Source: a virus
Taxonomy: Duplodnaviria; Caudoviricetes
Direction: 5' to 3' (one strand)
Length of the DNA: 64,000 nt
Virus record (IMG/VR): IMGVR_UViG_3300020577_001581
Coordinates: 4,227 to 68,226 of that record
The notes under the pieces: model-generated
Databases searched by the model: none
What the model was told of the DNA's origin: nothing
The model's input: the letters and a program-made list of their open reading frames with translations, nothing else
Position numbers and translations under genes: made by a program
Part shown: one piece after another, positions 18,057 to 26,743 of the stretch
Layout of the letters: each line of letters opens with the position of its first letter
Position numbering within the stretch: position 1 is the first letter of the stretch

Positions 18057-20297
18057 ATGTCTGATATACCAGAACCTCTAAAAGCTTTTACATTTCATGG
18101 TATGGATTTAAAAGTAGGTCCTACTCAGTCTACTGGTGAATGTCCGTTTTGTGGTAAGAATAAATTCTATGTATCTAATACATCTACTAAATGGGATTGT
18201 AAAGCTTGCGGTATGGCTGGTAACTCTCTAGAATTTATACGTAAGTTATGGGAAAAGTCTTTACCTGCATCAAAATGTGATGATGTAGAAGAATTCAAAA
18301 AAGATAGAAAATTATTATCTGTAGAGATTTTAGATCTTTGGGGTGTAAGGAAGTCTTTGTTAAATGGACAATGGATTGTACCTGGGTTCGCTCTATTTGG
18401 AAGAAAGCTACAACAGCTTTATCGCTATGCTACCATCAAAGGAGGCAAGCGGGCTCTTTTTGCTACTCCTGGTTTTAAACATGGTATTTTTGGTATGTGT
18501 AATTGGAATAATAAAGCTAAGGAAGTACATGCTTTAGAGGGACCGTGGGATGGAATGGCTTATCATGAAACTATGTTAAGCTTTAGAAAATCAGATACAG
18601 GAATTTCACCTACTAGTAATAAAGCAGTATCATTAGCAAACGATATCAATATTGTTGCATTTCCTGGAGCTAACGTATTCTCTGATGAATGGTCAAATAT
18701 AGGTGAATCACGTAAGCTAGTACTATTCTATGATAATGATCATGCTCGTAAAGAAAACGGTTCTACTATTATGGGAGCTGGTCGAGCAGGTTGTAAGAAG
18801 ACTGTAGAAAAGTTATGGAAAGCAGATAGTCCACCAAACGAGATTCATTATTTACAATGGAAAGAACCTGAAGGCTTTGATGCATCACTACCAAACGGGT
18901 ATGATGTTAGAGATATACTAACTAAAAAAGAACATACTAGTGTATTTCAACGTAAAGATACTCTAAAACTATTGCAATCAAAAATAAAACCTATTCCCCA
19001 GGAATGGATAAAGGGACGTACAACAGCTGCAGCAAAAGCAGGTAAAGTAGAGATATTACCATTAGCCTGTAACGAATGGACTATCTTACGTGAATCTTGG
19101 CGTAAGGCTATGAAATGGCCTGATCCTGGAGAAGGATTAGATTATGCACTAACGGTAATGCTAGCAAGTGTTATTTCTACAGAATCAGCAGGGGATCAAT
19201 TATGGGTTAAGATAATTGGACCAGCTGCATGTGGTAAATCAACATTGTGTGAAGCATTAGCTATTGCAAAGAAATACACAAGCAGTAAATCTACTATTAC
19301 AGGGTTTCATAGTGGATTCAAGACTGATTCTAAGGGACAAGTAGATAATTCTATTGTATCAGGACTATTTAATAAAACACTTATAACTAAGGATGGAGAT
19401 ACTTTACTTCAAGCTCCTAATATCAATCAGATCTTATCAGAAGCTAGAGATATCTATGATAGAGTATCTAGAGCACAATACCGTAATGGTGTATCTAGAG
19501 AATATGATCAAATTAATATGACCTGGATATTGTGTGGTACTTCATCATTACGTACATTAGATAGTTCTGAGTTAGGAGAACGTTTTTTATCTTGTATTAT
19601 TATGGATGGTATTGATGATGATTTTGAATATCAAATAGCAATGAGAGCAGCACAACAAGCAAAAATAGATATAGGTACACAAGCAGGACCAAAGACAGAG
19701 AATCCAGCTAAGATGATGGCACGACAATTAACAGGAGGATATGTAGAATATTTACGAGAGAACAGTATTGAACTTTTATCTAGTATCAATCTACCTGATG
19801 AATACTTAGATAGATGTGTTAGGTATGCAAAATTTGTAGCTATACTTCGTGCTAGACCATCGCTCAAACAAAATGAATCAGTAGAACGTGAATTCTCTAC
19901 ACGTTTAACTACTCAAATAGTAAGACTAGCAACAGCTGTTGCTGCTATATACAATTACAAGGAAGTAAATGAAGAAGTTATGCACATAGTCAAGAAAGTA
20001 GCTATAGATACATCTAAAGGATCAACGTTAGGTATTGTAAAATATCTATTCGAACATGGAGAGAAAGGAGCATCGTGGCAAGCTATTCAAATGAATTGCC
20101 ATTCTGAAGATGAAACACTTAAGGGATTAATTAAATTTCTTATTCGTATTAAAGTAGTAGAATCGTACGAACCGGAAATAATCTCATTCCGTAACAGGAC
20201 TACAAAAGGTCCTAAAAGATATCGTTTACCTCAAAAGATTTACGAACTTTATAAGTTTGTAATGGGTGGTAAAGAAGTGAAATTAACTAATCAATAA
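18057..20297 (+). CDS. primase-helicase (Zn finger + TOPRIM + P-loop ATPase)
   Basis: CPFC...CKAC, EGPWD, YDND, GPAACGKST. Confidence 0.85.
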   Translation: MSDIPEPLKAFTFHGMDLKVGPTQSTGECPFCGKNKFYVSNTSTKWDCKACGMAGNSLEFIRKLWEKSLPASKCDDVEEFKKDRKLLSVEILDLWGVRKSLLNGQWIVPGFALFGRKLQQLYRYATIKGGKRALFATPGFKHGIFGMCNWNNKAKEVHALEGPWDGMAYHETMLSFRKSDTGISPTSNKAVSLANDINIVAFPGANVFSDEWSNIGESRKLVLFYDNDHARKENGSTIMGAGRAGCKKTVEKLWKADSPPNEIHYLQWKEPEGFDASLPNGYDVRDILTKKEHTSVFQRKDTLKLLQSKIKPIPQEWIKGRTTAAAKAGKVEILPLACNEWTILRESWRKAMKWPDPGEGLDYALTVMLASVISTESAGDQLWVKIIGPAACGKSTLCEALAIAKKYTSSKSTITGFHSGFKTDSKGQVDNSIVSGLFNKTLITKDGDTLLQAPNINQILSEARDIYDRVSRAQYRNGVSREYDQINMTWILCGTSSLRTLDSSELGERFLSCIIMDGIDDDFEYQIAMRAAQQAKIDIGTQAGPKTENPAKMMARQLTGGYVEYLRENSIELLSSINLPDEYLDRCVRYAKFVAILRARPSLKQNESVEREFSTRLTTQIVRLATAVAAIYNYKEVNEEVMHIVKKVAIDTSKGSTLGIVKYLFEHGEKGASWQAIQMNCHSEDETLKGLIKFLIRIKVVESYEPEIISFRNRTTKGPKRYRLPQKIYELYKFVMGGKEVKLTNQ

Positions 20298-20325
20298 TAG
20301 AAATAATTTACAAGTAAAGGACAGT

Positions 20326-20862
20326 ATGTCTATATTAACTGGGCCTGAAATACAAAAACAAGTATATTCAGGTAATATAAAAATAGATCCTTTTGTTGTT
20401 GCAAATATTAACCCTAACAGTTATAATCTATCTATAGGAACTAAAATACTGGAGACATGTGGACTAGAGTATTATATAGACAAAAGAGGCAACAAACGAT
20501 ATAAACCTACATTCAAACAATTAGAAATAACAAATAATGGTTTATATCTTTATCCAGGAAAAGGTTATCTTGCTGCTAGCGTAGAAGTAACTAATAGCGG
20601 TAATTATGTTCCTGAAATTGACGGTAGATCAAGTTTAGGAAGATTATTTACATTAGTTCATTGTACAGCAGGATATGGGGATATAGGATTTAATGGTACT
20701 TGGACATATGAAATAGTTCCATTAGTACATGAAATAATTGTATATCCTGGTGATATGTTATGTCAAATACGATTCACTACCAGTATAGGAGATATACTAC
20801 CTTATGATCAAACAGGTAGATATCAAAATCAAATAGATCCTACAGAATCAAAAGGTATATAA
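20326..20862 (+). CDS. dcd: dCTP deaminase
   Basis: INPNSYNLSIG, GRSSLGRL, AGYGDIGFNG..T.E, GRYQNQ..PT.S. Confidence 0.9.
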   Translation: MSILTGPEIQKQVYSGNIKIDPFVVANINPNSYNLSIGTKILETCGLEYYIDKRGNKRYKPTFKQLEITNNGLYLYPGKGYLAASVEVTNSGNYVPEIDGRSSLGRLFTLVHCTAGYGDIGFNGTWTYEIVPLVHEIIVYPGDMLCQIRFTTSIGDILPYDQTGRYQNQIDPTESKGI

Positions 20863-20865
20863 TAA

Positions 20866-21198
20866 ATGCAACAAACTTATGTTACAACTTGGATAAGTTT
20901 ACATGACGATAGTGTAAAAACTAAAACTTATGAACATTTACTAGCTAAGTTAATTACTTTTGAGGGTAAATCAACAAACAAAATAAATGTATTTAGTTCT
21001 TTTGACAATTTAGGTAGTAAAGATGGTATAGCAAGATTTAGAACAGTTATTAGTTTTCGACAAATTAATAAAGATAAGAGTATCAAAGCGAACCAGGTAC
21101 ATGGTATTGCTGATGATATGACTGAAAGTATGCGTATTGCATATATTGCATTCCAAAATGAACTTAAGAATCACCTTAAACAATGGAGTACAAAATGA
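20866..21198 (+). CDS. hypothetical protein
   Basis: 110 aa, ATGA-coupled to next gene. Confidence 0.6.
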   Translation: MQQTYVTTWISLHDDSVKTKTYEHLLAKLITFEGKSTNKINVFSSFDNLGSKDGIARFRTVISFRQINKDKSIKANQVHGIADDMTESMRIAYIAFQNELKNHLKQWSTK

Positions 21199-21401
21199 AT
21201 CCTGAACGTATGTTAGTATGGTTTTCTGAAGAGAATATTGATGATGAATTTCATGGTATGGAAATAATAATGCTTTATAAAAATCTAGCACATACTATTT
21301 GTGATAAGATTAAACCAGGTCCTGAACGTACAGTAGCTTTACGTAAGTTATTAGAATCACGTGATTCAGCTTTACGAGCAAAAGATCGGCCTGGAAATTA
21401 A
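21195..21401 (+). CDS. small helical-hairpin phage protein
   Basis: GPERTVALRKLLESRD..LRA motif, recalled as widespread in phages. Confidence 0.6.
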   Translation: MNPERMLVWFSEENIDDEFHGMEIIMLYKNLAHTICDKIKPGPERTVALRKLLESRDSALRAKDRPGN

Positions 21402-21414
21402 ATAAATTACATAC

Positions 21415-21443
21415 TAGACATTAGATAATAAGTAGTGTATAAT
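21415..21443 (+). promoter_or_regulatory. sigma70-type promoter
   Basis: TAGACA-N17-TATAAT. Confidence 0.65.
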
Positions 21444-21615
21444 GTAACCTTACAGTCGAATTTTAGGTAGTTGCGGATACTATCGTATTGTCGAACCTCT
21501 TTGAAGGTATACTCGAACCAGGAGAAATCATGTAGACTTAATAAACTCAAATAATATATAGTTTAAATATTATGAGTCTAAAGGATTTGGATAACATACA
21601 ATAAAAGAGGTTACA

Positions 21616-22056
21616 ATGAAAAAGTCTATGATGATGTTTGGAATGTTGATTATCGCATTTCTGTTTACTACTGAATACGTTGATGCTGGTTGTCATGGTA
21701 GTAAACGTGTAGGATTGTTTCAACGATTACGAGAAAATCGACAATCCAAACAATCTAATTCGTGTCAGACTTCGGAGAATGTTACCAGTGTAAGTAACTG
21801 TACTAGTTGTAATCAACAATATAATGCAGTTACTTATGTTACTACTGAAAATGGTAATCAGGCAACATCCTCTTGCCCAGGAGGAATTTGTCCGGTAGCA
21901 CCTTCAAACGTAGTTCCGACTAACTATATTCCAGCTCCTGAACCTGCATTACCTACTAAGCCTGTTATTCGAAAGAAGGCTAGTATTGATGTTAATGCAG
22001 CTATTCCAAGTGAAATTACTGTAATGACGAATGCTCAAATTCCTGTTTTAGACTAA
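21616..22056 (+). CDS. secreted Cys/Ser/Pro-rich protein
   Basis: Signal peptide MKKSMMMFGMLIIAFLFTTEYVDA; GCHG, SCTSC, SCPGGICP. Confidence 0.7.
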   Translation: MKKSMMMFGMLIIAFLFTTEYVDAGCHGSKRVGLFQRLRENRQSKQSNSCQTSENVTSVSNCTSCNQQYNAVTYVTTENGNQATSSCPGGICPVAPSNVVPTNYIPAPEPALPTKPVIRKKASIDVNAAIPSEITVMTNAQIPVLD

Positions 22057-22063
22057 ATGAAAT

Positions 22064-22145
22064 TGGTTAGTATAGTATATTGATCACTGAGTGTGTTACT
22101 TAGTGAATAACATGGGTTAAGGTATACTTTATACTATACTAACCA
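22064..22145 (+). other. long intergenic hairpin
   Basis: Perfect 15-bp TGGTTAGTATAGTAT/ATACTATACTAACCA stem followed by a T run. Confidence 0.6.
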
Positions 22146-22168
22146 TTTTTTAAATTAAGGAATTAATT

Positions 22169-22411
22169 ATGCATTATCGAAACGGTCGCGAAGCCAAAAA
22201 CGGCGACAAAATTGTGAAGCTCGAAGGCGGCAAAGTTGTCGCTTACGGCGTTCTTCATAGTGCCGTCCCGGGCAACGATTATTGCAATGGGAATATCGCC
22301 GTGGTCCAGCCTGCCAACGATTACGCTTGCATGTGCGATTGCCTGCATGTGGATGACGTGGCTGAAATTTTAAAATCTAAAGAATTAGATAAACGTCCTA
22401 TAGGTAAATAG
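22169..22411 (+). CDS. conserved hypothetical protein in a GC-richer segment
   Basis: AAGGA SD; C/G-ending codons unlike flanking genes. Confidence 0.75.
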   Translation: MHYRNGREAKNGDKIVKLEGGKVVAYGVLHSAVPGNDYCNGNIAVVQPANDYACMCDCLHVDDVAEILKSKELDKRPIGK

Positions 22412-22484
22412 TACTAATTAGTATTAAGGTCCAGGAGTGTTTTAGGACACGTTAAGGTAACCTTTACCTGGACCTCCTTATATC

Positions 22485-22557
22485 GGGACTATAGCTCAAC
22501 GGTAAGAGCAGGAGACTCATAATCTCTTGGTTCTAGGTTCGAATCCTAGTAGTCCCA
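22485..22557 (+). tRNA. tRNA-Ile2 (CAT anticodon, lysidine type; Met cannot be excluded)
   Basis: Canonical cloverleaf GGGACTA/TAGTCCC; anticodon arm GGAGA-CT-CAT-AA-TCTCT resembles enterobacterial ileX; no encoded CCA. Confidence 0.85.
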
Positions 22558-22579
22558 TTCGATAATACATAGGATAAAT

Positions 22580-23260
22580 ATGTTTAATTATTATGGTAGT
22601 AAATCTAAAATAGTACATAAATATCCTAAACCAAAATATAATCTTATTATTGAACCATTTGCTGGTGCTGCATATTATAGTGTATTACATAATACACATC
22701 AAGTTCATTTAAATGATAAATATAAAACTATTGCAGGTATTTGGCAATTTCTTATAAAAGATGCTACACCGGAACTTATATTAAAATATAGTAAATTTTA
22801 TGTAGGTGATAATATACAAACTCTTAATATAGATAAAAGACATAAAAATTTAATAGGATTTTGTATAAATCATGGAGTGTCTTCTCCAAAATATACTGTT
22901 ACAGAATTTACTGTAGGTAAAAAACAATTTCCTAAATATGCAAGTATAACAAAATTTAGATTAAAAGACATAGCAAATAATTTAGAAAAAATTAGACATT
23001 GGAAAATATCATCTAAAGGGTTTCATGAATTACCTAACATAGAAGCTACTTGGTTTATAGATCCGCCGTATCAAAAAGGTGGACAATTTTATAAACATAA
23101 TAAAATAAATTATAAAATATTAGCTGACTGGTGTAAATCTAGAAAAGGTCAAGTAATTGTTTGTGAAAATAATAGTGCAACTTGGATGGATTTTAAACCA
23201 TTAATAAAAATACAAGGTATAAAACATAAAACGTTAGAATGTATTTGGACAAATGATTAA
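22580..23260 (+). CDS. DNA adenine methyltransferase (Dam/D12-like)
   Basis: Y.GSK, EPFAGAA motif I, IDPPY motif IV. Confidence 0.9.
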   Translation: MFNYYGSKSKIVHKYPKPKYNLIIEPFAGAAYYSVLHNTHQVHLNDKYKTIAGIWQFLIKDATPELILKYSKFYVGDNIQTLNIDKRHKNLIGFCINHGVSSPKYTVTEFTVGKKQFPKYASITKFRLKDIANNLEKIRHWKISSKGFHELPNIEATWFIDPPYQKGGQFYKHNKINYKILADWCKSRKGQVIVCENNSATWMDFKPLIKIQGIKHKTLECIWTND

Positions 23261-23281
23261 TATAAGTTAGAAAGTATTATT

Positions 23282-24040
23282 ATGGCAAAGAATAAACGTC
23301 CATTGAATATGATCCAGCTGAATGCTGAACAAAGGAGAGAAAAAGTAGCTGAATATTATTTAATGGGTTATACGCAACAACAGATTGCCGATAGAATGGA
23401 ATGTAGTCAACCAGCCATATCAAACGATCTAGCAGCTATTAGAAAGATGTGGGCAGAAGCTGCTGTACAAGATTTTAATAGTGCAAAAGCAGAAGTGTTA
23501 CATCGATTGGATATCTTAGAACGTGTCGCATGGAAGGCTTGGCGTAAATCTTGTAAGCCTTTACGTAGCTTAGTTAAACGAATTGAAAAAGTACCTATCG
23601 AAATATATGATAAAGAAAAAGATCAAAACAAAGAACAACCAAAAAGAGGTCCTGGACGTCCTAAAAAGCAACCTGTAAACAATGATAATATTAATTCACC
23701 TGTTCCTGAAGCTAGTAAGAAAGCTAGGGACGTGATTATCAAAGCAATAGACGAGATTAGATCAGTAAGGAAAGAAGGTAATCCTAAATTCTTAGATCGT
23801 ATCGCATGGTGTATTGAACAGCGAATGAAGATATTCGGACTAACGCAACCTGATTTACATGTTCATAATAACGCATTCCTAGATTGGGATTCTATCGCTA
23901 AGCGAATTCGAGAGGAAACTAGAGAGGATCCTATAGCAGCTAGGATAGCTCAAATTGAGGCAATGGAAGTGAAAAGGCTATCTGATGCGCCTAAGCCAAC
24001 AGAATCGGAACAAGAGCATTCTAGCGACGATAATGAGTAA
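23282..24040 (+). CDS. terS: terminase small subunit-like HTH protein
   Basis: RREKVAEYYLMGYTQQQIA....SQ.AIS.DL N-terminal HTH; helical body. Confidence 0.6.
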   Translation: MAKNKRPLNMIQLNAEQRREKVAEYYLMGYTQQQIADRMECSQPAISNDLAAIRKMWAEAAVQDFNSAKAEVLHRLDILERVAWKAWRKSCKPLRSLVKRIEKVPIEIYDKEKDQNKEQPKRGPGRPKKQPVNNDNINSPVPEASKKARDVIIKAIDEIRSVRKEGNPKFLDRIAWCIEQRMKIFGLTQPDLHVHNNAFLDWDSIAKRIREETREDPIAARIAQIEAMEVKRLSDAPKPTESEQEHSSDDNE

Positions 24041-24047
24041 ACTAAAA

Positions 24048-24074
24048 TCCCCTAGGTAACAATAGCCTAGGGGA
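24048..24074. terminator. bidirectional terminator between convergent genes
   Basis: TCCCCTAGG/CCTAGGGGA stem. Confidence 0.65.
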
Positions 24075-24083
24075 AACTTTTAC

Positions 24084-24299
24084 TTACATTTTAGGATCAT
24101 TTTGATAATATTTTGCATCATGTTCCATTTGAAGTTTTAAAGCTTCATCGTCTAACCTTTTAAAGTACTCCGCAAGTTCCTTGCAATCTTGCTCCTGTTC
24201 TAATGTTTCAGTTTCAGTTTCAGTTACAACAGGACGCCATTCACTAAACATGTTTTCGAATTCCTTCGCAGCTACGTCTACCATTTGGTTAACAGTCAT
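24084..24299 (-). CDS. small acidic hypothetical protein
   Basis: GGAG SD and own promoter. Confidence 0.7.
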   Translation of the reverse strand: MTVNQMVDVAAKEFENMFSEWRPVVTETETETLEQEQDCKELAEYFKRLDDEALKLQMEHDAKYYQNDPKM

Positions 24300-24341
24300 C
24301 TAAGGTACTCCACTAAATGTAATTTCGTCTCCACACTACCT

Positions 24342-24369
24342 AGTATATACCTTGTTCCAGTAGAGTCAA
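24342..24369 (-). promoter_or_regulatory. early-type promoter
   Basis: TTGACT-N16-TATACT. Confidence 0.7.
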
Positions 24370-24416
24370 ATAAATTCTCCAGAAAATCTTTTTCCGGAAT
24401 TCTGCAAATACTCAGC

Positions 24417-24444
24417 TTGACTCTACGAATACTGGGTATATATT
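24417..24444 (+). promoter_or_regulatory. early-type promoter (divergent partner)
   Basis: TTGACT-N16-TATATT; shares TTGACTCTAC...GGTATATA with the minus-strand promoter. Confidence 0.7.
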
Positions 24445-24485
24445 AGTGTGTAGGCAACAACAACTAACCAAGTACTGGAGACAAA

Positions 24486-24710
24486 ATGACTGCTGAACTA
24501 AACAACGTGTATGCAGAAGCTAATAAACGATTTGATGAACGAGAAATAATTCTTCTTAAAAAAGGATTTAAAAGAGTTATTGTAAAAGAATATAATGTTG
24601 CTATTTATGTAAATGATACAGATAAATTATTAAGACGTTTTGTTATACAATCAGGATTCATGCTCTATGCTCCTGATGAAGTTTTTAATGAGGCAATTAA
24701 AGGATATTAA
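24486..24710 (+). CDS. hypothetical protein
   Basis: GGAG SD. Confidence 0.65.
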   Translation: MTAELNNVYAEANKRFDEREIILLKKGFKRVIVKEYNVAIYVNDTDKLLRRFVIQSGFMLYAPDEVFNEAIKGY

Positions 24711-24768
24711 TTAGTGAATCTTAATTCCCCTATCGTAGATAGTAGGGGATGTTGAGATATACTAATTC

Positions 24769-24815
24769 AATGTTGACTCTTTTAAGTATTTTGTTATACT
24801 AAAAGAGTCAACATT
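24769..24815 (+). promoter_or_regulatory. promoter enclosed by a perfect 16-bp inverted repeat
   Basis: TTGACT-N16-TATACT (24773-24800) inside AATGTTGACTCTTTTA/TAAAAGAGTCAACATT. Confidence 0.7.
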
Positions 24816-24835
24816 ACCTCCTGCTGGAACGTATC

Positions 24836-25021
24836 ATGGCAAACAAAAACAAAAGTAAGAGTTTCGAACAATGGCTGAAGGAAGTTGATAATGCCTTAAT
24901 TGAAAAATGTTCATTAGGGTATATGGACCTTCCTGATTGCTCATACGCACAATGGTTTGAGGATGGAGTTACTCCGAAACAAGCAGCTGTTAAAGCAATC
25001 AAAAGCGCAAAAGAATCGTAG
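24836..25021 (+). CDS. small conserved phage protein
   Basis: DLPD..Y..WFEDG.TP..AA motif. Confidence 0.65.
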   Translation: MANKNKSKSFEQWLKEVDNALIEKCSLGYMDLPDCSYAQWFEDGVTPKQAAVKAIKSAKES

Positions 25022-25085
25022 AATGTAAACTAATTCCTCTCTATTGTGGAGAGGAATTTTTATCTCTATTTAAGGAACGTTTACT

Positions 25086-25415
25086 ATGGCAAACAATCAA
25101 ATTGATACTATGGACCTTAAAGAACTTAAGGAACAACAGGAATCTAACTATTATATTGCAGGACATCCATACCAGTTTATTCTTACGCATGGCTGGGTAA
25201 TGGTAGGTTATTTCGTTTGCTATCATGATCCTTTGACTATTCGCCTAGCTCATGCAAGCTACTACAATTCAGCAGGCAATCAAACGCATGCAAGCCTAGC
25301 TAGGAATGGTGGTAATGAAAATACATCATGGGAGTATTGTGGAGATAAGCTAATCAACAAAATGCATATCATTCATGTTAACAAGTACTACGGTAAAGTA
25401 CATAAACCTAGTTAA
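25086..25415 (+). CDS. hypothetical beta-rich (Sm-like?) phage protein
   Basis: GWV.VG motif; AAGGA SD. Confidence 0.6.
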   Translation: MANNQIDTMDLKELKEQQESNYYIAGHPYQFILTHGWVMVGYFVCYHDPLTIRLAHASYYNSAGNQTHASLARNGGNENTSWEYCGDKLINKMHIIHVNKYYGKVHKPS

Positions 25416-25440
25416 TTCAAAACAGGCAAAGGATTATACT

Positions 25441-25869
25441 ATGATAATCGATGAAAGAATATCCATGTCTCTAGCTGACAAAGTTGATGTATGGTTAGAT
25501 TTTCTCCAGGAACAATCAAACGATGAAGAGGGGATCGAATATACTAGACTTGTGCTAGAATATGGATGTTCTTTAGTTGATTATCGTTATGAAATACGTA
25601 AACCAAATGAAGCTAATGTAGACGTAGAAGGGGTAGGAAGTAGTTATGATGTAATAGATAGAGTAGGTGATATATTAATAGATTATATAGAAGCTTTAGG
25701 AAATGGAGAATTCTTAGCAGGAAGAATAGATTGTGTAGGAGTAAGAAATATTTATGAACAAAATAAATATAGAAGTATAGGAAATGGATGGCATTACTAT
25801 AATTCTACTAAAATTATAAGAGATAAACATTATAAATTCGGATGGAGGTATCCTATAAATGTTTATTGA
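25441..25869 (+). CDS. Gly/Tyr-rich hypothetical protein, paralogue 1
   Basis: N-terminus IDE.IS..LA.K.D.WLD.LQE.SN....IEYTR.VLEYG shared with next ORF; start set at 25441 (AAGGA SD). Confidence 0.7.
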   Translation: MIIDERISMSLADKVDVWLDFLQEQSNDEEGIEYTRLVLEYGCSLVDYRYEIRKPNEANVDVEGVGSSYDVIDRVGDILIDYIEALGNGEFLAGRIDCVGVRNIYEQNKYRSIGNGWHYYNSTKIIRDKHYKFGWRYPINVY

Positions 25870-26302
25870 TGAAAAAATATCATGTCAATTAGCAGAAAAA
25901 CCTGATATATGGTTAGACTATTTACAAGAAATATCAAACAGTGAAGATGATATAGAGTATACTAGAACAGTATTAGAATATGGATACGGTCCTGAATTTG
26001 GTTGTTTTAGTGATTATCAGTATACAATTATATGTCCTGGTAATGGTATAAAATTTGGATATGGAACATATATTAGATTTGAAAGAAAGTATGATAGAGG
26101 AAATGGATTTAGATATGATTGGATATATAGTATAACAAATCAGTATGGAAATAGTTATCATGGTGAATTATCTTTAGAACATATTAAAGGTGATAGTGAT
26201 TACAGTTCTTGTAATTATAATGGTAATGGATATATGTATGCTTATGATGATGAAAATAATATATGTAATCAAGCATGCGGAAATGGCAAGCTAGGACACT
26301 AA
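25859..26302 (+). CDS. Gly/Tyr/Asn-rich hypothetical protein, paralogue 2
   Basis: Same N-terminal motif; GNG repeats. Confidence 0.7.
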   Translation: MFIDEKISCQLAEKPDIWLDYLQEISNSEDDIEYTRTVLEYGYGPEFGCFSDYQYTIICPGNGIKFGYGTYIRFERKYDRGNGFRYDWIYSITNQYGNSYHGELSLEHIKGDSDYSSCNYNGNGYMYAYDDENNICNQACGNGKLGH

Positions 26303-26400
26303 AATGAATTCTATAACTTTAATAGATTATGAAATATGGTTAGATTGGATAGAAGAAACTTATAACTTTGAGTATGAGGGTAAAGGGTTTAAGGGGCGGT

Positions 26401-26520
26401 TTAGAAGAACATCAAGATGAACTGGGCCACCAGCTGGCAGAACGATGCACACAGCCCGCCGACGGCAGCGGCTTCCAGGATGTCAGCGGCCTTCTCGGTC
26501 CAGGTCGTTTGAGTCTTCAT
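26401..26520 (-). CDS. 39-aa hydrophobic peptide (missed by ORF track)
   Basis: MKTQTTWTEKAADILEAAAVGGLCASFCQLVAQFILMFF; AAGGAG SD; own promoter; GC-rich codons. Confidence 0.7.
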   Translation of the reverse strand: MKTQTTWTEKAADILEAAAVGGLCASFCQLVAQFILMFF

Positions 26521-26568
26521 CGTCGTCTCCTTGGTTCTTGTCCTGTGTCCCGCGTTCGTTACACCCTC

Positions 26569-26596
26569 AATATACCCTGTACGGACACGGAGTCAA
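26569..26596 (-). promoter_or_regulatory. early-type promoter
   Basis: TTGACT-N16-TATATT. Confidence 0.7.
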
Positions 26597-26743
26597 CCAC
26601 AATTTACCCAGTTCGGACAAAATAGTTCATGCCAGAAAATAATTTCAATTATGAGAAATTTCTCATCAATTTCCTGTTGATATTCGATAGCTCTATGCGT
26701 ATATTGAGTAGGTAGAAACAAACTCACTCGCTGGAGAAAATCT

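Noticed and set aside
26368-26642. Plus-strand ORFs 26368-26625 and 26445-26642
   Set aside because: No SD, and they run across a minus-strand promoter; they are shadows of the 26401-26520 minus-strand gene in a GC-rich patch
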